From Sminthopsis crassicaudata (lineage: Eukaryota), in assembly GCF_048593235.1 (NCBI RefSeq), contig NC_133617.1, forward strand, positions 162,276,937 to 162,340,936: a DNA stretch of 64,000 nucleotides, given 5' to 3'. Within the stretch, counting starts at the first letter, position 1. The number at the start of each line of letters is the position of its first letter. The notes beneath the pieces were generated by a model that saw only the letters and a list, made by a program, of their open reading frames with translations, had not been told where the DNA came from and searched no databases. The position numbers were made by a program, and so were the translations under genes. Positions 62,831-64,000 of this stretch are shown here, one piece after another.

Positions 62831-64000
62831 GCTTTTCTGACAGCAAAGTGTGTTGTTGCCTAAGGGGAGAAAACCTTGGATCTTGTTTGCATTTTAGATT
62901 GTAAGTTCCTTAAGAACAGGGGCCGTTCACTTACATTCCCAGCCTAGTGCCTGACACTTAGATGCTTAATAAAGTGCTTGTTGGCTGACTGTCCCTTGGA
63001 CCAGACGTGTAATTTAAGGCTCCCTTTCTTTGCCGTAAGACCCGAGCCAGTCTAGCTCTAGAGCTCTGATTTAGGGAAGAGGCGAAGGTCTGTGTACTTG
63101 ACCGTGGTCTTGTGTCCCGTGACCCAGAGGAGGAAATGAAATGGATAGTTTATTTTGTTTGTTTTTGTATTTCTACATTAATTAACTACAAAGTATCAAG
63201 TATTCTCTAGAGCCATGGAATCTAAAGCAGTTTAGTGAGATAGGCATTTTACTTCTTTTTAATGGTATTTTATTTTTTCAAATATATGTAAAGATAGTTT
63301 TCCAGTATTCATTTTTGTAAAAAAAAAAATTTGTGTTCTAAATTTTTCTTCCTCCCTCATCCCCCAAATAGCAAACAATCTAAATATATGCAATTTTTAA
63401 AAACATGTTTCCATATTTGTCATTTGCACCAGAAAAATCAGACCAAAAGGGGGGAGGGGAAAGCATGAGAAAAACAAAAACAAAACAAAGCTTGATACAC
63501 GGATTCTCTCTGGATGTGATTGACATTTTCAATCCCAATTCTGTTGGAATCACCTTGCATGTGATAGGCATTTTAACCTAAATAAAAGAAAAGATGTCTG
63601 AGTTTCTTCCCAGAGGAATTATGGGGTTAACTGCTTCTTTTTTTTTTTTTTTTTTTTGCAAGTAATGATACCATGTTAATAATTATGTCTTTTGATGTTC
63701 ATTCTTTCAATCTTTCAGTTATATTGACTTCTTGATCTCATGGACCATAGCATATCTGCCCCTTCTACACTCCCTCTCAAGTCTGTCCAAGCTCATGTTC
63801 ATCTCTTCTGTGACACTTTCCATCCATCTCAACTTATGCTGTTCCTTTTTCTTTTTCCTTCAATTTTTCCCAACATCATTTTTTTTTAAACAGCGGAATA
63901 CCTATTTTGCACTGGAAGAAGCTGAGATTAGGAGAGGTTAAATGACCAGGCAATGTCTGAGCCAGAATGCTAAAGAAGGCTTATCACTACCTGTCTCTTA

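Noticed and set aside
1-64000. CRISPR arrays, rRNA or tRNA genes
   Set aside because: Eukaryotic sequence with no regular repeat-spacer array; the tRNA-like motifs belong to SINE heads.

Overview
Marsupial genomic DNA, probably dasyurid (WSINE1-type SINEs, marsupial L1, BovB-like RTE, betaretrovirus-like ERV). It carries the NQO2 - RIPK1 - BPHL block known from human 6p25, all on the + strand. Present are the last three coding exons of NQO2 (2482-11379), the whole RIPK1 gene (CpG-island promoter and non-coding exon at about 18.3-19.3 kb; ten conserved coding exons 31784-54983 giving a 690-aa protein by my exon arithmetic) and BPHL exon 1 (62454-62542). The main signal is an apparently remodelled RIPK1: an 11-aa tandem duplication in the kinase activation loop, a non-canonical RHIM core (IQFG instead of IQIG), a candidate extra in-frame 78-nt exon just before the RHIM, and a longer N-terminus. 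The caspase-8, MK2 and K377 control sites are retained. This is notable because marsupials are reported to lack RIPK3 and MLKL (recalled, not verifiable here). Other unusual items: a defective betaretrovirus-like provirus with pol only, in a NQO2 intron; a 75-bp micro-LTR with a perfect 6-bp target-site duplication (TSD); and an unexplained inverted repeat with arms of about 300 bp upstream of the RIPK1 promoter. Gene names and human residue numbers come from recalled reference sequences; no database search was run, so novelty is unconfirmed.
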